In this document: positions 59,437-64,000 of the stretch, piece after piece
Numbering within the stretch: the first letter of the stretch is position 1
Layout of the letters: the number at the start of each line of letters is the position of its first letter
Assembly (NCBI RefSeq): GCF_018350175.1
Contig: NC_058368.1
Span: 196,356,001 to 196,420,000 of the forward strand
Source of the DNA: Felis catus
Taxonomy: Eukaryota
Direction: 5' to 3'
Length of the DNA stretch: 64,000 bases
Position numbers and translations under genes: made by a program
The notes under the pieces: model-generated
The model's database searches: none
What the model was told of the DNA's origin: nothing
What the model saw: only the letters and a program-made list of their open reading frames with translations

Positions 59437-60689
59437 GCTGAGAAAGGGAGAGGGAAGTGAAATGTGGGAGTTTTCTCCCCTCTGGCTCTGCCGCCCCTGA
59501 GGGGAATCTCAATGCCCCACGTTGGCTCCAATTAATGGCAGGGTTGCTCTTCGCTAGCTCCCTCGGCCTGCCTGTGGGCTTGGGCTCTGGGCTGGCGGGG
59601 GCAGGCCACGTGCTGGTGGGTCAGGACAAACGGCCTGAGGCCTGCCTGCCCCCTGCCCACTTGGCTCTGAGGACCCATTCTATTTGCGGCCCCCACCCCG
59701 GCCCAGGGCTGATCCGGGGCTGGCAGCAGCCCGGGGAACAGAAGGTTTGCTTGTCTCTGACCGCCGCACCGCCCCCCCCCCCCCCACCGCCTCCCCAGCC
59801 TCAGCCTGGGACCCCTCTCAGGGGCTCCTTTGGCTGCCAGGACCTGGGCTCTCTGTTGCCATGGCATCGGCCAGAGATGAGGCTCTGGGGGGCGGGGGGG
59901 GGGGTGGTGCAGGGAGGGCAGTGAGGGATGGTGAAGGCCCGGAACTCTGCAGCTGCAGAGGTGCTGGGGCCCCTGCAGGGGCAGGCCTGGACCCTGAGCA
60001 CAGCGGGCCTGTGGCAGAGCCGGCCACACACCTCGCCTCACTGATACTCGGGACGGGCCTCAAGGCAGTGGCTGTCCTGGCCAGAGCCAGGCTGTCCTCA
60101 GCAAGGACTCCTCTCCTCACCCATGCGCTCTCCGGCAGGCTCTGCGGTGAAGTTGCAGGAAGGTTCTGAGCTCTATCCCCAGCTTGACTTTCAAATTACT
60201 GGGCGAGCTGGGACTCACCCCCACTCACTCTGCACCTCAGCGAGGGAGGGACAGGGCTCCGACCTCAGGATCCTTCGGTCCTTGGGAGCCTGCATTCTGT
60301 ACGGACCCCATTAGGGTAAACTCACTGCAGACTGTTCCTCCGTGGACAGACCTGTTTCTGGGTGGGAGACAGGCCGGCTCTAGTGGTGGTTGAGCCTCCA
60401 GGTTTGGAGTCAGACAAGCCTGAGTTTGCATCCCCGCTTCGTGGCTTACTGGCTGTGTCAGCCTGGGTAAGTCACTAGACCTCTCTGAGACTCAGTTTCC
60501 TTGTCATGAAACAGAAAGCACGATTATAACCCTCTCTCAGCATTGTTGTGAGGACAGAACAAAACCCCCCCATGTTATGAAAAATTCTGACTAGCCGGAC
60601 CTCTGAGGATCCCGAGCCCTCCAAGAGTGGAATGGGTTATGGATGAGGTGGTGAGACGCTGGTCACTGTGCACCACACAGCCTGTTGGC

Positions 60690-60718
60690 GGGGGGGGGGG
60701 GGGGGGGGGGGGGGGGGG
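60690..60718 (+). repeat. Poly(G)29 tract
   Basis: Counted directly. Confidence 0.85.
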
Positions 60719-63700
60719 AAGGGGTGGGGGGGGCGCAAATAGGGAGTATTTATGGCCCCTTCCAGCCCCCAGGTTGTGGGGCTCTCTGCCTGTCTCCTAC
60801 CCTGTTTTTCAGCTTCAGGCTCACCCTGCTACAAGGAGGGCCTGCACTGAAAGGCGAGGTCGGGAAGCAGAGGGTGAGAGACCAAGGCGGGTGGATCATT
60901 TGAGGCTATGCTGTGTGCCAGGCAAGGGCTTGTCGTCTTTACCTCCTGCCTTTGAGAGGCTGTCACGTGGGCGTTGAGCCTGGGTGCTCTGGGGTCAGCC
61001 CGTCCAGGACTGAGCACTGGCTCCCCTGCCGGCAAGTTCTGTGACCTTGGGCAAATGATTTAACCTCTCTGTGCCTTGCTTTTCTCCTCTGTAAAATGGA
61101 GAGGCGACACAGAGATCATGGATTCTTCTGAGGTCATTCACATCAACGGCTTAGCCCAGGCATTGGATACAAACTAAATCAGAGGTAGCTGTTATTACTC
61201 TTGTTACTTTCAATGCCTTCTAAGCCCTTGTTCTATTCTGTAGGCGCTCTAGGGGGTCCAGATGGGATCCATAGGACTCTGGCCCAGGGGCCCACTGGGC
61301 CTGGGTAGAGCCAGGCCATATGGCCCTGGGGGTGGGGGTGGGCAGCCGTGGGGGACAAGCAGGGAGGCCAGAGAGGCGCCGGAGGAGGCAGGAAGTGTTT
61401 GCTCGGCAGGCAGGCAGGCAGGCGGGTGGACGGGAGCATGTAGAAGCCTCCCTCCCTCACTGACCTCCTTCTCAGGCTGGTTCCCAGCCTGTGTGAGGAC
61501 CCAGGCCCCCTCCCCTGGGCCCCCAGTGGCCGTGAAGCACACACTGAGCGCTTTCCCACGAACTGTTCCAAGTAGCTGGGCCTGCAGTATCCCCCACCCC
61601 CAAGCACTCGCACTCTGGCGGGTGAGGGGGTGAGTGGCAGAAGGGGGGGGGCTGGGGCTGGGGGGGATCGGTCCGTTCTTTATCAGCCTGGCTCTGATCC
61701 AGACAGATGTTTCGTTTTATTTTGAACTTCCAGAAAATAGGTCATTTCTTTCCATTGTGTCCCCGGGGAGGCCTCCTGGGGCGAGGAACACAGAGTGAGT
61801 GACGAGTGTGGGGGCCTCGCTCGGGCCCTGGGGAGCTGGGAGGGCATCAGCCTCCCTGTGTCAGTCATGATGAGCTGTCGGCAGGGCCAGGCCGGGGCAC
61901 CAAGGTTCTTAAAGGCGGAGTTAAGAAGCCAGCCCCTTCCTAGGGCCAGAAAGGTTCCTCTGGTTGGGGTGTGAGAACAGGAGGGAGGGGACAGACTGGC
62001 GGTGAGGAGACAGAAGCGGGGAGGTGCAGCAGGACCGACAGAAGCGACAGAGTAACAGTCCATGGAACTGGCACGGTTAATTCCACCCACTTGGACTTCC
62101 AGAACAACGAGCGCCCAGGCCAGGCTCCAACTGAGCCGACTGCTGCTGCTTTGTTTGGGGGACCTCATAGGTACCTGAAAACACTGAAGGTCCTCTGGGT
62201 CTAGAAGCAGCGTGGCAGAGTAGAGCCTGGATGACCAAGCTGCATCGCTGTGTGATTTGGGCCAGGTTGGTCATCCTCTCTGGCCTTGATGTGATCCTGA
62301 GGCTTGTGGGGGGAGTCATCGTGTAGAGGTGGAGCGTTGAACCTTTACAGACAGACAGAAGTGAGGCATAGGATTGAGGGTGGCAGGTGGGAGCCCCTTC
62401 CCAGGCTTCTACCCCCCCCCCCCGACCTGTAACTGTGTCCCTGCCCAGTGGACCCTGCAGTCCTCCCTGGCTCCCACCCACGCCGCAGGAGTGCACATAG
62501 GCCTCAGATCGCTTGGGTTGAGGCCACACGGACCACAGTCTGCCAGGTCCAGCCGGTGTGGCCCTCACTCACGTGCCCTCCCAGCTGCTGGCAGGAGGGC
62601 TCAGTCCCTGGCTCCAGATGCCTCTTGCCCCCACACACTCCCAGGCCCGAAGCTGGCTGCCTTCTCTGAGCTGAGTCATGACATCCAGGCCAGGGCCCCT
62701 CCCCGGCACCCAACCCCCACCCCAGCGTTCCAGCCCAGCCCAGCCGCCTTCCGGAGCAGGGTCCCGACGGCCACAGCATGGCAGCTCTGGAAGGGGCATC
62801 CAGGACAGCCCTGCCCACCCTGTGCGCACACAGGGAAGCCAAGGCTCAGAAAGGGGCAGGACTACCTTGCAGGTGGGTGACAGAGCTGGGCCGAGGACCC
62901 ACATCTCCTTATTCCCCAGCCAGGGATCTGTGCCAGTTTGTCCCAGGGGACGCAGAGTGGAGAGAGGTGTATAGAAGAGAGGACGAGGCTGCAAGCCACT
63001 CACGCCGCTGTCCCGCTTCTGCCTGCAACTTAGTAAGCCATCTCCTGGGAGTCTCAGTCCCCGTTCCCTGCCTGGCTGGGACAGCGCAGGGAAAGTGACT
63101 TTGATATAAAGCTTTATGTATGGCAGGGCAGGGGGCATTCTGTGGGGACAGAGATAGTCTGAGCCCCCGGGCCGCGAGCCACCAGCCTCACATCAGAGCC
63201 AGGGACCTGAGCTTGCCTAGGTCAAAACACTGGGACCTGTCCCTGGTTCTTTCTCAGCCTCAGTTTCCTCACCTGTACAGTGGGTACAGGAAGAGGGTTG
63301 GATTGGATACATGATCCCCGAGGGCCGTGGAGCTCTGAGATTCCATGACTCTAACCCCGAGACTCCATGGCTAGGCCTCCTCCTCCCTCTGGCATCTTGT
63401 TTATTCGGAGCATCCCCGGCCCGCCCGGGACTGCCTGCCCCAACGACCCCCTCCTCCCCGCAGCGTGCCTTCCCCCCCATCCCCATCTCGCCGCTATTTG
63501 TGCCCGGCCTGTCCCCTGCCGCCAGACTGAGGGGGCCTCTGTCCACTCAGGTGCCCCCAGCCCCTCCAAACCCTAAAGCAGCTGGGTGGCAGTTCCCAGT
63601 CCTGCCCCTCTGCCCCATTCTCATCTCAGAAAATGGCATTGTGCCCCCAGGACACACACGCTCCTGGCCCCCAATATTCCAAGTCCAAAACAGGAGCGGG

Positions 63701-64000
63701 GGCTCATTTAAGCTACTCTCGCTCCAGCGCCCCGGCACCTATCACCAAGTCCTATGGTTTCTCGGCTAAACAAGTCGCATTGCCATCTGTCTCTCTCCAC
63801 CCTCTCGCCAGCCCAAACCAAGTAAGCGGAGAAGGTGGTGGTGTAGAGAGAGTTCAGTCTCTGCTCTGCATTCCTGGGCAAGTTCGCCAAGTACTCCCTG
63901 CCTCAGTGTCCCCATCGAAAACAGGAATCATCCTTGTATCCACCTCCCAGAGTTGGCTGAGGAGCAAGTAAAGTCGAAAGAGGCTAAGTGCTCAGAACGG

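Noticed and set aside
52424..64000. PDGFRB coding exons or another gene in the last 11.6 kb
   Set aside because: No signal-peptide or Ig-domain exon is seen. The region is consistent with a long intron 1.

Overview
Mammalian genomic DNA, not prokaryotic. The tRNA-derived Can-SINEs of felid type point to a cat or other felid. The window holds three genes. (1) A complete SLC6A7 (neuronal Na+/Cl- L-proline transporter) on the - strand: 14 coding exons at 1894-19832, 1911 nt, 636 aa, all introns GT-AG and in phase. (2) A complete CDX1 (caudal-type homeobox) on the - strand: 3 coding exons at 25715-41730, 792 nt, 263 aa. (3) The promoter, non-coding exon 1 and part of intron 1 of PDGFRB on the + strand (from ~51.9 kb), divergent from CDX1. 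The rest is SINE, MIR, L2, L1 and hAT repeats plus regulatory DNA. Nearly all entries in the six-frame ORF track are artefacts of GC-rich DNA, repeats or exon read-through. I see no new protein-coding or RNA system. The most interesting signals are regulatory and centre on CDX1: an out-of-frame overlapping uORF, a recursive-splice-type 5' splice site at the start of exon 2, a TCF-octamer composite, two RAREs and several CDX/GATA/FOX/TCF motif clusters. There is also a patchwork templated duplication and inverted young SINE pairs. Comparisons with human or mouse sequence and repeat family names are from memory and need checking by alignment.
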